Source of the DNA: Paramoeba atlantica
Taxonomy: Eukaryota > Protista > Discosea
Length of the DNA stretch: 64,000 nucleotides
Direction of reading: 5' to 3'
NCBI GenBank assembly: GCA_977017575.1
Contig: CDRNVI010000029.1
Span: 744,001 to 808,000 of the forward strand
Shown here: positions 11,433-21,800 of the stretch, in pieces
How positions within the stretch are numbered: the stretch's first letter is position 1
Layout of the letters: each line of letters starts with the position of its first letter
Program-made: the position numbers and the translations under genes
Notes under the pieces: model-generated
What the model was told of the DNA's origin: nothing
The model's input: only the letters and a program-made list of their open reading frames with translations
Database searches by the model: none

Positions 11433-11771
11433 ATGAAACGGCGTAAAGTGGGATACAATGGAATAAAAAATGGTGATTTGATGCATGATGTGGATCTTCA
11501 GCTCCGATTCCTAAAATTTAATTCTTATACCATAAGTGTATACTTGTGCAAAGTAAGGGCGCACATTGGAAATATATGGAATGAAGAGGCAGATTGCCTA
11601 GCACTTTTGGCAGCTCGTAAAGTGGCTCGTCCTCCGATACCAAAAAGGAGAAAAACAACTGACAACTCGGAAAATCAAGAGAATTCCCAGCCTTTATGGT
11701 CCTTAAATGCCTTACTCAAAAGGAAATCCCTTGGAAATGCTTCGAGGTATGGTTGCGAGAACTGGCGGTAA
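11433..11771 (+). pseudogene. RNase H C-terminal fragment of a non-LTR retrotransposon
   Basis: KVRAHIGNIWNEEADCLA is the RNase H H...N..AD motif. The N-terminal part is missing. Confidence 0.65.
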
Positions 11772-12222
11772 TAGGAAACCGCCCAAGTAAGGAAAGAATT
11801 GATGGAATTGCATCTTTGTAAACTTGGAATACCTGGAGGATTGTGTGTAGGTTATGGGAAAAATATTGTTTGTTTATACCGTATCAGAAACATATAAACT
11901 CTGAACTTGGAAGTGATAGATGAAAGCTTCTTGGATTTGGATTCTTATTGGATACAAGGGCGGCGATGTAATGCTGCGCATCCTAGATAATCTACAAGAT
12001 CATTGTCGTTGTATTCATTTTAAGTTGAGAGCTAGAAGCGCAAAGTTTTAATTTCTTTACACAAATATTTTTATGAACAGAAAAAAAATGCCTTTTTGGA
12101 AAGGCGAATTTTGCTTTAATTTAACCGACTCCTGTAACTCTGCGAATCACCCCCAAACACGGCACCGGTTGGGTGACCGAAGGAGGGGCGAAGTACTTTG
12201 ACGTGGTATTACTGTGACCCCC

Positions 12223-12509
12223 AAAAAATACAAATCCAAATCATTCCGCATTGCTCCGGATGGCCACTGGCAAGCCAGACCCTTTACAGACAGATTTGGA
12301 AGTTCAGAGGCCGACGTCCTCTACCAGTTTCAGCTTTTTCATGGCGGCACTAACGTGCTGTTGCCAACACGCTGCGTCGACGAACTGTACGTTGACACGG
12401 CTCACCCAAGAGGTGTGAGCCGGATAAGGGGGCTGGTTCCCTGAGGGAAGGGTCCGGGACGGTCCTCCGAGTACTGGGCCTAGTCGGTTCTCAGCCAAGC
12501 CTCTTAGAG
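12223..12509 (-). mobile_element. SINE family 1, 5'-truncated copy
   Basis: Near-identical to the 3' part of 13611..13997, in reverse orientation. Confidence 0.8.
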
Positions 12510-12553
12510 AGGTCCCGCACTACCCTGTAATGGGGTGTCTCCCCTGAGGCACG

Positions 12554-13232
12554 TGATGCGAGTCACGTAACTTGCCAATGGAAGGTGGCTGGTTCATCGG
12601 ACCAAGAAAAGCCTGCCGGTCGGACAAAGGGTGGAGGTCGGAGGGACTATGGCAAAGATTTCTCTATGTAACTAGAAGAAGAAGAAGAAGAAGAAGAAGA
12701 AGACACGGAGGGCTCTGCAGGGCCAACCGTTAGGGTAAAGTCTCAGGCCACCGACCTTCATCGTCTTGCTACCCCCTTCCCAGACGGCACTCGACGCCTT
12801 GCGGCCCGAGCACGGCTACCCAACCGTAGCTACCAGGACGGGCGCCCAGCCCTTTGCATCGTGTAGGCTGTGTCTCAAGCCCCCCTTGCGTAGGCAGCTC
12901 GCAATTTAGCGGCTGCGCTGGAGCCTGGTTCAGCTCGGCGGTTCCGGGTCGGTCCTCCAGGGGAGCGGGGTTGGGTGTGGGCCTCGAAGGCACTCCTGAT
13001 CGCTTTCCCTTTTTAGTGAGGCCGCCAGGTTGCGAGTTTTGTCGATAGCGGGAATCGAACCCCCAACCTGCAGGTTGTAAGGCCCACCGTCTACCAACTA
13101 CGCCCGCACCTTGATGCGAGTCACGTAACTTGCCAATGGAAGGTGGCTGGTTCATCGGACCAAGAAAAGCCTGCCCGTCGGACAAAGGGTGGAGGTCGGA
13201 GCGAATATGGCAAAGATTTCTCTATGTAACTA
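12554..13232 (+). repeat. 121-bp direct repeat pair (12554-12674 and 13112-13232) flanking SINE family 2
   Basis: TGATGCGAGTCACGTAACTTGCC...GATTTCTCTATGTAACTA occurs twice with only a few mismatches. Confidence 0.9.
12675..13111 (-). mobile_element. SINE family 2 (tRNA-Val(TAC)-like head, (TTC)9 tail)
   Basis: Minus strand reads GGCGTAGTTGGTAGACGGTGGGCCTTACAACCTGCAGGTTGGGGGTTCGATTCCCGC, with D-arm, TAC loop and B box GGTTCGATTCC. The acceptor stem is broken. Ends in (GAA)9 on + at 12675-12701. Confidence 0.65.
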
Positions 13233-13610
13233 AAAAAAATTGGAACTGAAGGTATGGTGCTTTGGGGGCGCTTGTTCCCGACAGAGCTGTATAACATACA
13301 AACACTGTCGAATGTGCTAACTCTCTGGCCAAGAAGCGTTTGAAAGCATCTCCGCATTAGTCGTTTAGCGCTGAATAAAATCACTTTTCCGAAACCCATT
13401 CCGAGCTTGAATTCGGGCATATGTTGCACATTGAAAATGAAAAACGGCACTTGTCAGAAGATCTGCACAAACATACCACCGCACAAACATACAAAGCGCC
13501 CCATCACCGACGAGCCCCCGAATCATCACACACCCCCAAACACGCGCACGCACACACACCTCTTCCCACACCCCACCCACGCCCCACCGCCACCACTTTC
13601 CACCACTTAG

Positions 13611-13997
13611 GGCGGAGGTGGCGGAGTGGCAAGAACTCAAAGTTTGAAGCACATGGTGCTCAGACGGCGAGTTCAAACCCGCTCATCGCGTTATTCTTGG
13701 CGGCCTCACTCTAAGAGGCTGGGCTGATAACCGACTAGGCCCAGTACTCGGAGGACCGTCCCGGACCCTACCCTCAGGGAACCAGCTCCCTTACCCGGCT
13801 TACACCTCTTGGGTGAGCCGTGTTGACGTACAATTCGACGACGCAGCATGTTGGCAACAGCACGTTGGTGCCGCCTTGGAAAAGCGGAAACTGGTAGAGG
13901 ACGTCGGGCTCTGAACTTCCAAATCTGTCTGTGAAGGTTCTGGCTTGCCAGTGACCATCCGGAGCAATCCGGAATGATTTGGATTTTTTTTTTGGAT
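13611..13997 (+). mobile_element. SINE family 1, full-length copy (tRNA-Leu(CAA)-like head)
   Basis: A box TGGCGGAGTGG, CT-CAA-AG anticodon-like loop, AGCAC/GTGCT variable-arm hairpin, B box GAGTTCAAACC, ~300-bp body, T-rich (TTTGGA) tail. At least 6 copies in the window. Confidence 0.75.
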
Positions 13998-14392
13998 GGC
14001 CACTGGCAAGCCAGACCCTTCACAGACAGATTTGGAAGTTCAGAGGCCGAAGTCCTCTACCAGTTTCCGCTTTTCCATGGCGGCACCAACGTGCTGTTGC
14101 CAACAAGATGCGTCGACGAACTGTACGTTAACACGGCTTCCAAATCCAATCAAAATCCAAATCATTCCGGATTGCTCCGGATGGTCATTGGCATGCCAGA
14201 CCCTTCACAGACAGATTTGGAAGTTCCGAGGCCGACGTCCTCTACCAGTTTCCGCTTGCCCAAGGCGGCACCAACGTGCTGTTACCAACACGCTGCGTCG
14301 ACGAACTGTACGTCAACACGGCTTCCCCAAGAGGTGTGAGCCGGTAAGGGGGCTCGTTCCCTGAGGGGAAGGCCTGGGACGGTCCTCCAAGT
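13994..14392 (-). mobile_element. Two tandem partial SINE family 1 copies, inverted relative to 13611..13997
   Basis: Repeats at ~13994-14140 and ~14141-14392 match the SINE1 3' half. Confidence 0.8.
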
Positions 14393-14474
14393 CCCCCGTC
14401 TTTCCTTTACTACCAACCACCAGTTAGGTTGGTCCTAACACGTGTTAGGCGTTTAATCAATTTGGCACATGAAC

Positions 14475-17402
14475 CAACCAACCAACCAACACTGAGATGT
14501 TAGCCCAGTTAAAGGATTCAAAAATTTCCCCTAAATATTTCCACCCTCAAAATATCAACACAGAACACACTTACAGAAAATTTTTCAAAAACAAACAGAC
14601 TTTCAATTTCAAGCCTCCTAATCAATCGATCTCTATGAACCATTAGTACTTAGCTTTTGAACACTATAAGACAACTCACCGTCGCAATCACGTCAGCGAA
14701 CGTAATTCTTTAATTCACCAAATCTGATGGTAATTAACTTAAATATAACAGAAGCATAGGCTCCAATAGCATCTCTCAAAGTTAAGTCAAGGAAAGTTAA
14801 TGTCGTAAGGCTAATTCTCCCGCTTATTTCCATGCTTTTTTACATCAATTATACTCTTGTCTTTTCCTTTAGCTGTAAAACAAGGTTTTTTCTTTGATGT
14901 CCTTTTCACTCTCTTTTGTGACTCCTTTTCTTTTTCTGGTTCACTCTTTGTCTGGGATGATGATAAGTCCAAACTTGTATCTTTTAGACGCTTCATTTGC
15001 GGTTTATTTCGTTTCACCTCAATGCTTACGTTCGAATTGGTTATCTGTGGGGGGCTGGAAATTAAGTTGATACCCTTTGTCTTCTTATGTAAAGAAGCTT
15101 TGCGTATGGGAGATTTCGTCCTCTTTTCATTTATTCGAATGCTCCGTTTGGGTTGTTTCGTTGAACGTGAATCGTTTGAGTTTTCCGACAAAGGGGGCCC
15201 CGTAGATACAGGTACTGCTCTTTGGTTTGTGCCTTTTCTAGTCCTCTGAGTTTTAAGACATCTTGAGGTATTATTTTGCTCTGATTTCCTCTTTGCATTG
15301 CCGTGCAATATATCCCCATAGTATTTTATAGCTAGTTCATTTCCTTCCAGCTTGCACGCCTTTTTGGCTAAATAATCTGCGGTATCGTTGTACATATTTT
15401 CATTGTGTGATTTGACCTTGATACAGTAGAATTTTTTAGTATGTTTTGTACTGTAGTAAGCGTTTTGAAGGGATCGCATTGCTTCGCACCCTTTGAATGA
15501 GTGGAACCCAATGAGCCGATACCGATGCACAGTTTCGTGGAAGAAATCCCATATGTACTCTGAATCCGTGTGAAGTATTACATCTCCCTCGTAGTTGCTA
15601 GCCAGAGAAATTGCCTCGACAACAGCATATGCCTCTATAGATTGTATGGAATCACAGAATTTTTCCGGAGGTCTTGTCCCGTAGAATAATGTACGTTCGT
15701 TGTTTCGTATTATTACTATGCCGCATCCTTGGAGTTGTTTCTTTGTACCCGGAATGAGCGACCCATCCGTATATAAGTGTGTTTCCGAGTCGCTTATGGG
15801 AAAAGGGGTGCTACTTTCTTCCACGTACTGTAGAGTTTGATAGTCCTTGTTTTCCAATATCTTTTTAATACTTTTTTCCCAAGCAGGAGAACAAGACTTT
15901 GTGTAAGAAGGCCGTGGTTCCAGCTCCACCTGTAGTTTTTCCAGTTTCTTCCGCCATGTGGGGCGATCTTGTCCAAGTTGTAGAATTTCAGTAACATCAG
16001 AGTGTAGTTCGTGGGCACACCGTTCGGACAATGTTGGTTTAGAGGCCTCATCATTTGTTCTCCATAGTACTGCTGTAGTAAACGGTGTAGGATGGCGCAC
16101 AAGATGCCCTATTAAGGAAGCTCTCTGTGTCTTAATTACTGTTTCCGGTTTTAAGTCAGTAGGATAAAGCGATTCCGTTCTGAGATGAGAGTCACAAGCA
16201 CTTTTTACGCCAAATACAATTCTGCGCATTCTATTTACTTGAACTTGAATATCGTGAAGTTCTGCCTGATTGACATTCCATGTGCCAGGGTTGTAGTACA
16301 CGACGGATTGAACGAGTGTTTTGAAAATTTGAAATTTGCAATGAGAGGAGATAGAGGACTTCCATATGGCGCGAAGCTTGTGCATTACACCCCATCCTAG
16401 TCGCAGTCTTTCCTTGGGGGACGTACAGGTATCCTCGGTGTTCTGCGTGCTGCCAAGATATCTGTACTTTTGTACTCTAGGAATTTCCCCTAATCCGTCT
16501 ATTTCTAGTGCGGTATTATCATCCTTCACCTTTCCAAGTGTCATCCAAGCCGTTTTCTGTGGACCAACATTGATTTTAAGGTTTGCCTTTTCTGCTGAAG
16601 CACATAAATTGGTAAGCATGATTTTTAATTCAGGTTTCGTTGCAGCAAACAATACAATATCATCCGCGTAATCAATGTCAGAAATTCTCAGTTCTTTGAG
16701 TCCTCGACTTTTTGTCCCGGATGTGTGCGTTACCAGCCCGAGCTTGTTCATGTCAATAGCCTCTACCAAAATTCGGTCCAGAACCATAACAAATAAGTAA
16801 GGAGCTAGAACATCTCCTTGAAGAGTGCCGCTTACAATAGGAAAATCTTCCGTTGTTCCGTAAGGGGTCCGTACATGAGATCGAAGATTTTTGTAAATTG
16901 ACATCACAGCTGCACTCAGTTTTGGAGGTATTTCAAAAGCTCGGAGAGCCTCTTTTATGGAGTCGAACGATATTGATGGAAAGGCTTGCTTGAAGTCTAC
17001 GAAACATGCGTACACGCCTGTTCCTCTGTGCGATTTGCTTGCAATCTCCATAAATGTTGCCTGCGCGCCTGCTGTAGATCGATTCGGGCGGAAACCAAAT
17101 TGGTTCCCACGGAGAGACTTCTCTACTGCTGGTTGGATGCGGTTTAGGATCATTCTGTTCAACACTTTAACCACATGGTTGACAAGGCATATTGGTCTCC
17201 AATTTCCCAGTGATTGCAAGTTTCCCTTTTTTGGCAGCGGTACCTGTAATATGGACTTCCAAGATTGTTCCGCGTTCCCAGATTCATGAACATCGTTCAT
17301 TATATCAAGCAAAACAGTTCTCAACTCGCTGTCATCTGAAATTGCTCTGAGCGCCTCGATAGGTATGCTATCAGCCCCAGGAGCTTTTCCCGATTTGACC
17401 CG
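14475..17402 (-). mobile_element. 5'-truncated RTE/RTEX-like non-LTR retrotransposon (RT + RNase H)
   Basis: 15-bp TSD ATTTGGCACATGAAC at 14460-14474 and 17403-17417. (GTTG)4 tail at 14475-14490. RT motifs KAPGAD, WRPICL, QFGFRPNRST, FVDFKQAF, GTLQGDVLAPYLF, YADD. RNase H motifs YTDGS, EAYAV, TDSEY, KVKSH.EN.YNDTAD. Confidence 0.92.
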
Positions 17403-17450
17403 ATTTGGCACATGAACAGTTTTAATGCATATAAAGTGTTCACAGTGCAA
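14811..17450 (-). CDS. Uninterrupted RT-RNase H ORF (879 aa; first 16 codons come from flanking DNA)
   Basis: No stops or frameshifts. MHCEHFICIKTVHVPN is encoded by 17450-17403, outside the element boundary. No APE domain. Confidence 0.8.
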   Translation of the reverse strand: MHCEHFICIKTVHVPNRVKSGKAPGADSIPIEALRAISDDSELRTVLLDIMNDVHESGNAEQSWKSILQVPLPKKGNLQSLGNWRPICLVNHVVKVLNRMILNRIQPAVEKSLRGNQFGFRPNRSTAGAQATFMEIASKSHRGTGVYACFVDFKQAFPSISFDSIKEALRAFEIPPKLSAAVMSIYKNLRSHVRTPYGTTEDFPIVSGTLQGDVLAPYLFVMVLDRILVEAIDMNKLGLVTHTSGTKSRGLKELRISDIDYADDIVLFAATKPELKIMLTNLCASAEKANLKINVGPQKTAWMTLGKVKDDNTALEIDGLGEIPRVQKYRYLGSTQNTEDTCTSPKERLRLGWGVMHKLRAIWKSSISSHCKFQIFKTLVQSVVYYNPGTWNVNQAELHDIQVQVNRMRRIVFGVKSACDSHLRTESLYPTDLKPETVIKTQRASLIGHLVRHPTPFTTAVLWRTNDEASKPTLSERCAHELHSDVTEILQLGQDRPTWRKKLEKLQVELEPRPSYTKSCSPAWEKSIKKILENKDYQTLQYVEESSTPFPISDSETHLYTDGSLIPGTKKQLQGCGIVIIRNNERTLFYGTRPPEKFCDSIQSIEAYAVVEAISLASNYEGDVILHTDSEYIWDFFHETVHRYRLIGFHSFKGCEAMRSLQNAYYSTKHTKKFYCIKVKSHNENMYNDTADYLAKKACKLEGNELAIKYYGDILHGNAKRKSEQNNTSRCLKTQRTRKGTNQRAVPVSTGPPLSENSNDSRSTKQPKRSIRINEKRTKSPIRKASLHKKTKGINLISSPPQITNSNVSIEVKRNKPQMKRLKDTSLDLSSSQTKSEPEKEKESQKRVKRTSKKKPCFTAKGKDKSIIDVKKHGNKREN

Positions 17451-17517
17451 AAAGAATGTCTAGTGGAAATGACGAAAACGAAGATGAGGAAAAAAAATCA
17501 AGTGGTTACGTCCCGGG

Positions 17518-17660
17518 TTCGTTGAGTACTCAAAGAAGTGTACAACAGTTCGTTGAGTTCTTAACGAAGTGTCACCACTTGGTTGATTAATCAACGAAGT
17601 GTTATACACTTTGTTGAGTACTCAACGAACTGTTTTACACTTCGTTGAGTACTTAACGAG
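17518..17660. repeat. Left subterminal array: 5 palindromic 20-bp units with ~31-bp period
   Basis: TTCGTTGAGTACTCAACGAA-like units start at 17518, 17549, 17579, 17610 and 17641. Confidence 0.9.
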
Positions 17661-17846
17661 TATTTTTGTTCGTGATCGTGAGTATTCTTTTTGATGATGA
17701 TGATGTATTCTTTTTACATTCGTTAGGCCCAGGAAGTGCACATTTATATCAAATTTCAAAAGAAAATAATAGAAAGCAAGAATAGCAAATATATTCAAGT
17801 TTAACGTGTTTTCTTATCAACTATTCGCAAAGAAAGTTAACGGTTC

Positions 17847-19408
17847 ATGGCGCGCGACAACCCCAATCGAATTGAGGACGCGGAAGATTTGGTTCGCCGT
17901 TTTCGTTCTTATATTGATCGTCAGAATCGCAACAGTGAGCGCTTGAGTGGCAACAGTGAGCGCTTTAATCAGGGCGATGGTGATGTGCCTTGGGAAGATC
18001 AACGAGTTGAAATTCCATCTACGCAAGTTGCTCGTCGCACTTGTAGTGGATGTGTTCCAAATCCAAAAAAAAATCCAAATCATTCCGGATCGCTCCGGAT
18101 GGTCACTGGCAAGCCAGACCCTTCACAGACAGATTTGGAAGTTCCGAGGCCGACGTCCTCTACCAGTTTCCGCTTGTCCAAGGCGGCACCAACGTGCTGT
18201 TGCCAACATGCTGCGTCGACGAACTGTACGTCAACACGGCTTACCCAAGAGGTGTAAGCCGGGTAAGGGAGCTTGTTCCCTGAGGGGAGGGTCCGGGACG
18301 GTCCTCCGAGTACTGGGCCTAGTCGGTTATCAGCCCAGCCTCTTAGAGTGAGGCCGCCGGGAATATTGCGATGAGCGGGTTTGAACTCGCCGTCTGAGCA
18401 CCATGTGCTTCAAACTTTGAATTCTTGCCACCCCGCCACCCCCACCATGGATGTGTTGGGTTTGCGTGCGTTCGTTCGTGGAAAAACTTGCGCCACATTC
18501 CTCAAGGCGAGTCCGCCATCGAATGGATGTTAAACAATCATTTGCTTCGACACCCTCGTTGCGAAAAACATGGCCCTGACTACATGAGGGAAGTACGCGG
18601 AAGACCGCACATAGAAATATGTACGTATCGTGCTGACGATGATCGCAACCCATGTCGTGCGCGAGCGTTTAGATTCTCCCCTTTTTTGAACAGTCGCCCT
18701 GCGGTGGATGTAGACACTCTTCTTCTAATGTGGGGGGAAATCGCGAACAACCTCACGACAGGGCTAATCAGTCGTAACCGTGGAGTGCGGCAAGGCACCT
18801 TTACAAAGTTCCTTCACATGGTAGGTAACGCAGCGTTCCACCAACAGGAAAACACGGATTTTAACTTTTCCAAACTGCAAGTGGATGAAACATTCATAGG
18901 AAAGCGGAAATATAACCGTGGGAAAAGGGTCCGAAAAATAGGATGGTGGTTCGTCACGGTGACAGAAATCGATGATCGGAAAATGGGCCGAACACACTGG
19001 AAACTGGTAAAGCGCCGTGATCAAGAAACCCTTCTGAACTTTATAACCCCACATCTAACAAGAGCTCGGTCCGTCGTGGTTACGGATGAATGGCGAGGGT
19101 ACTGGAACCTTGGTGATTATTGCCGGCACTTCACTGTAAACCACAGCAAGGAGTTTTTCACTTTGAGGGGCCACCATGCCAATCACGCGGAAGCTGCGCA
19201 TCGAACCATTCAACAATGGACGAAACAGCAACACTACAACTATGGGGCGACATCGATGGACCTTCGGCGAAACGTGGCTCTCCAATGCGTCAAATATGGC
19301 TACGGCAAAACAGAGCGACGAAAATCGTGGCAGACTCGGTTCATTAACATTCTCGAATGCATCTGCACTCATTACGGGTACGAGGAAATGACGAGCAGTT
19401 GGATGTAA
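17847..19408 (+). pseudogene. Merlin transposase split by a SINE insertion (386 aa once restored)
   Basis: Joining 17847..18056 to 18458..19408 gives one in-frame ORF (...TCSGCV|GFACVRSW...). Confidence 0.85.
18057..18447 (-). mobile_element. SINE family 1, full-length copy with TSD
   Basis: 10-bp TSD TGGATGTGTT at 18047-18056 and 18448-18457. The tRNA-like head is at the 18447 end. Confidence 0.9.
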
Positions 19409-20115
19409 GCGATAGCTCCTTCTCATTCTACTTGAGCGAAGACGCATCAATTTCCAGCGAATACATACTAGGGAGTGATGAATCGGAATAAATAAGCAGA
19501 CCTTTTCGTAGAGAAATACACACTACATACTATATCCCAGCGGCGTCCACAGCAACGGTTCTCGTACATAAAATCGTATTCAAGATTTTCTGTGGTTTTT
19601 CTTGGTGTCGCGCGTATTGATTCTTTTCGAATTATCCATAGCATAGTCAGCATTCAAAAATTTATGCATAATATGGAGCAGATTTTCTGACATCCAATTC
19701 GTTCGTCCACAGCACCGGTTATTTGTACATAAAATCGCATCCAGGATTTTCTGTGGTTTTTCTTGGTGACGCGCGTATTCTCTTTTTTCCGATATTCTAG
19801 AGCATAATAATCAGCTAAATGTTCGTGCATAACGTTTCTGGAGGAAACATCTCGCATTTAATTAGTTTCTTCGATGCAACGATTAATTGTAAATCCTGCG
19901 GAAGGGGTAAACACAGGTTCTCAGTGCGCGACCCGCGCGCTCCAGCGCGCGGGTCGCCAAAAAATATTATTATGTCCCAGGACTAAGCTCACAGTTGGGC
20001 CTTGCTTGTGGACTTGGGCTTCGCTCACAGTTGGACCTTGCCTCTGGACAATCCTGGAAGACAACCCTGGAAGTGGCAGACATAGGTTCTCAGTGCTTGA
20101 CCCCGCGAAAACACA

Positions 20116-20258
20116 CTCGTTGAGTACTCAACCAAGTGTACAACAGGTCGTTGAGTACTCAACGAAGTGTCACCACTTGGTTGAATAAGCAACGAAGTGT
20201 TATACAGTTCGTTGTGTACTCAATGAAGTGTAGAACAGGTCGTTGAGTACTCAACGAA
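20116..20258. repeat. Right subterminal array: 5 palindromic units of the Merlin element
   Basis: Same CGTTGAGTACTCAACG units as 17518..17660. Confidence 0.9.
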
Positions 20259-20949
20259 CCCGGGACATAGCCAATCAAGTTTTTTCTTTTGGGAAAAAAG
20301 TCCCCTTTCTATTTTATACACTGCCTAAGGCGAGAGTCAAAGCTTAATACCATACCTTGTTGGTTCATGAACCAATGAAAAACCTTTGTACAGTGGTCGT
20401 CGGCATAACGTGCCTTTCTCTAGAATGCGCCATTTTTGTTTGTTTTTGCTTATTGTTGTAGCAGTGAAGAGATATCAGTTGGCGAGCTTGTGCCAAAGAT
20501 GGAGTCATTTCTCTAAAATGAACAATTTTTCCGAAATTTTTGCGAACGATAAAATATTCTTTTTTTTTTGTTTGTAAAAGATGACTCTTTTTTTGGAATC
20601 GTTTTTGGGTTTCTTCTACAGTTTATGTACTTACATAACACCGTGAGGGATTGTGTATTCCCTTCTACACATTTTTACATGATACACTTTCCTATGGTAC
20701 ATAAATCGAATCATTATGAGCCTTCTTGTAACACACAGGAACATGGCATTCCAATCTGGGTGCGCAAAGCAAATAACTTTCTTATGAGCCCCATTGCGGG
20801 GATAGGGGTGTTGTTCTGCGCAAAACGCCCAATGCCGTCAGTATCTGTAGATATGTTCGGGTTTCAGTGAGTCGCTGTGGGCTGCTTTGATTCGCTGCGA
20901 CTAGATGTGAGTATCGCGATAGACGAGTCAGAATCCAGAATAACCAGGT

Positions 20950-21300
20950 GTCTCCACCCCAAACTCCTATGGCACCCCAGGCTTGACATCTTGGCGCCCA
21001 GCGTACTTTTTTCTTCAGGCAGGTTGTTGGACGGCATAAATCTTCCTCAATGAACTTCGGCTGAGCAGCTCAGCCAGATTCTCCTGAAAGGGAGTATGCC
21101 CGTCCTCTTACTCACTAAGTTGATGATGATGATGGTGATTTGGGTCTTTTGACTCCGAAAAGTTATGGCCCCTCAACTCCCCAAACGGGTAGTCCGAATA
21201 CTTCTTGGCAGCAAGCTATGGCTGACCTCCGCTTGGAGAGGAGTGAGGTTTCCAAACATTATTCTCCAATAAAGGGAGCCAATAATTAACAGCTCGGATA
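20950..21300 (-). pseudogene. Possible highly degenerate Tc1-like transposase fragment
   Basis: Manual minus-strand translation gives RRSAIACCQE and KVRWAPRCQAWGAIG, resembling Tc1 R..FC and VWGAI motifs. The reading is frameshifted. Confidence 0.3.
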
Positions 21301-21429
21301 GGAGGGGCTCGCTACTCCCCAACATGGTTTAACATGTTAAGCCACGACCCTGCCTAACTTTAAATTGTTGTGTGGATACTACCCTAGTTTCTTGAAGTCT
21401 TGTTTTACTGACGCCGGGTAGTTCCACAA

Positions 21430-21800
21430 CATGGGGGATGGTGGCGGCGAAGGGGTCGGCGAAAGGGGGCGCGGCCGAGAGCGCGATCGGAGAGAGAGCG
21501 CGGCGGGGAGCACGACGGGAAGCTCGGCGGGATCTGCGGCGGGGAGCTCGCGGAGAAGCGCGGCTGGGAGAGCGGCGGGGAGCGGCGGAGAGGACGAGAA
21601 GGCGGGCGAGTAGGCGGCCAGCTGCGGGTGCGCAGGGGGCGAGCAGGGAGCAAGCAGGGTAGCGAGCAGTGCGGCCAGCAGGCGGAGAGCTGTGTGGCGA
21701 GCAGGGGGCGAGAAGGGCGGTGCACGGGGGGCCAGGAGGGCGGCGCACGATCGGGGGAGGGCGGCGCACAAAGGGGGAGGGAAGGGGGCGGGCGGGTGAG
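21430..21800 (+). repeat. G-rich, T-poor low-complexity tract
   Basis: Reiterated GCGG/GAGC/GGGG words with almost no T. ORFs in several frames are low-complexity. Confidence 0.8.

Larger units (their letters stand above)
17504..20272 (+). mobile_element. Full-length Merlin (IS1595-family-like) DNA transposon, disrupted by a SINE
   Basis: TIR GG(T/C)TA(C/T)GTCCCGGGTTCGTTGAGTACTCAA at both ends. 8-bp TSD AATCAAGT at 17496-17503 and 20273-20280. Transposase motifs VDETFIGKRKYNRG, VTDEWRGY, VNHS, HANHAE. Confidence 0.92.

Noticed and set aside
13040-13700. Functional tRNA-Val and tRNA-Leu genes
   Set aside because: Acceptor, anticodon or T stems are broken, and both are fused to repeated bodies. 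Treated as SINE heads.
13690-13810. HDV-like or hammerhead ribozyme in the SINE core
   Set aside because: Hairpins are present, but I could not assign P1/P1.1/P2/P3 pairings or a CUGANGA/GAAA core by eye.
17518-20258. Palindromic repeat-spacer arrays resembling CRISPR
   Set aside because: Spacers are only 10-11 bp and similar to each other. The arrays sit symmetrically inside Merlin TIRs, there are no cas genes, and the context is eukaryotic.
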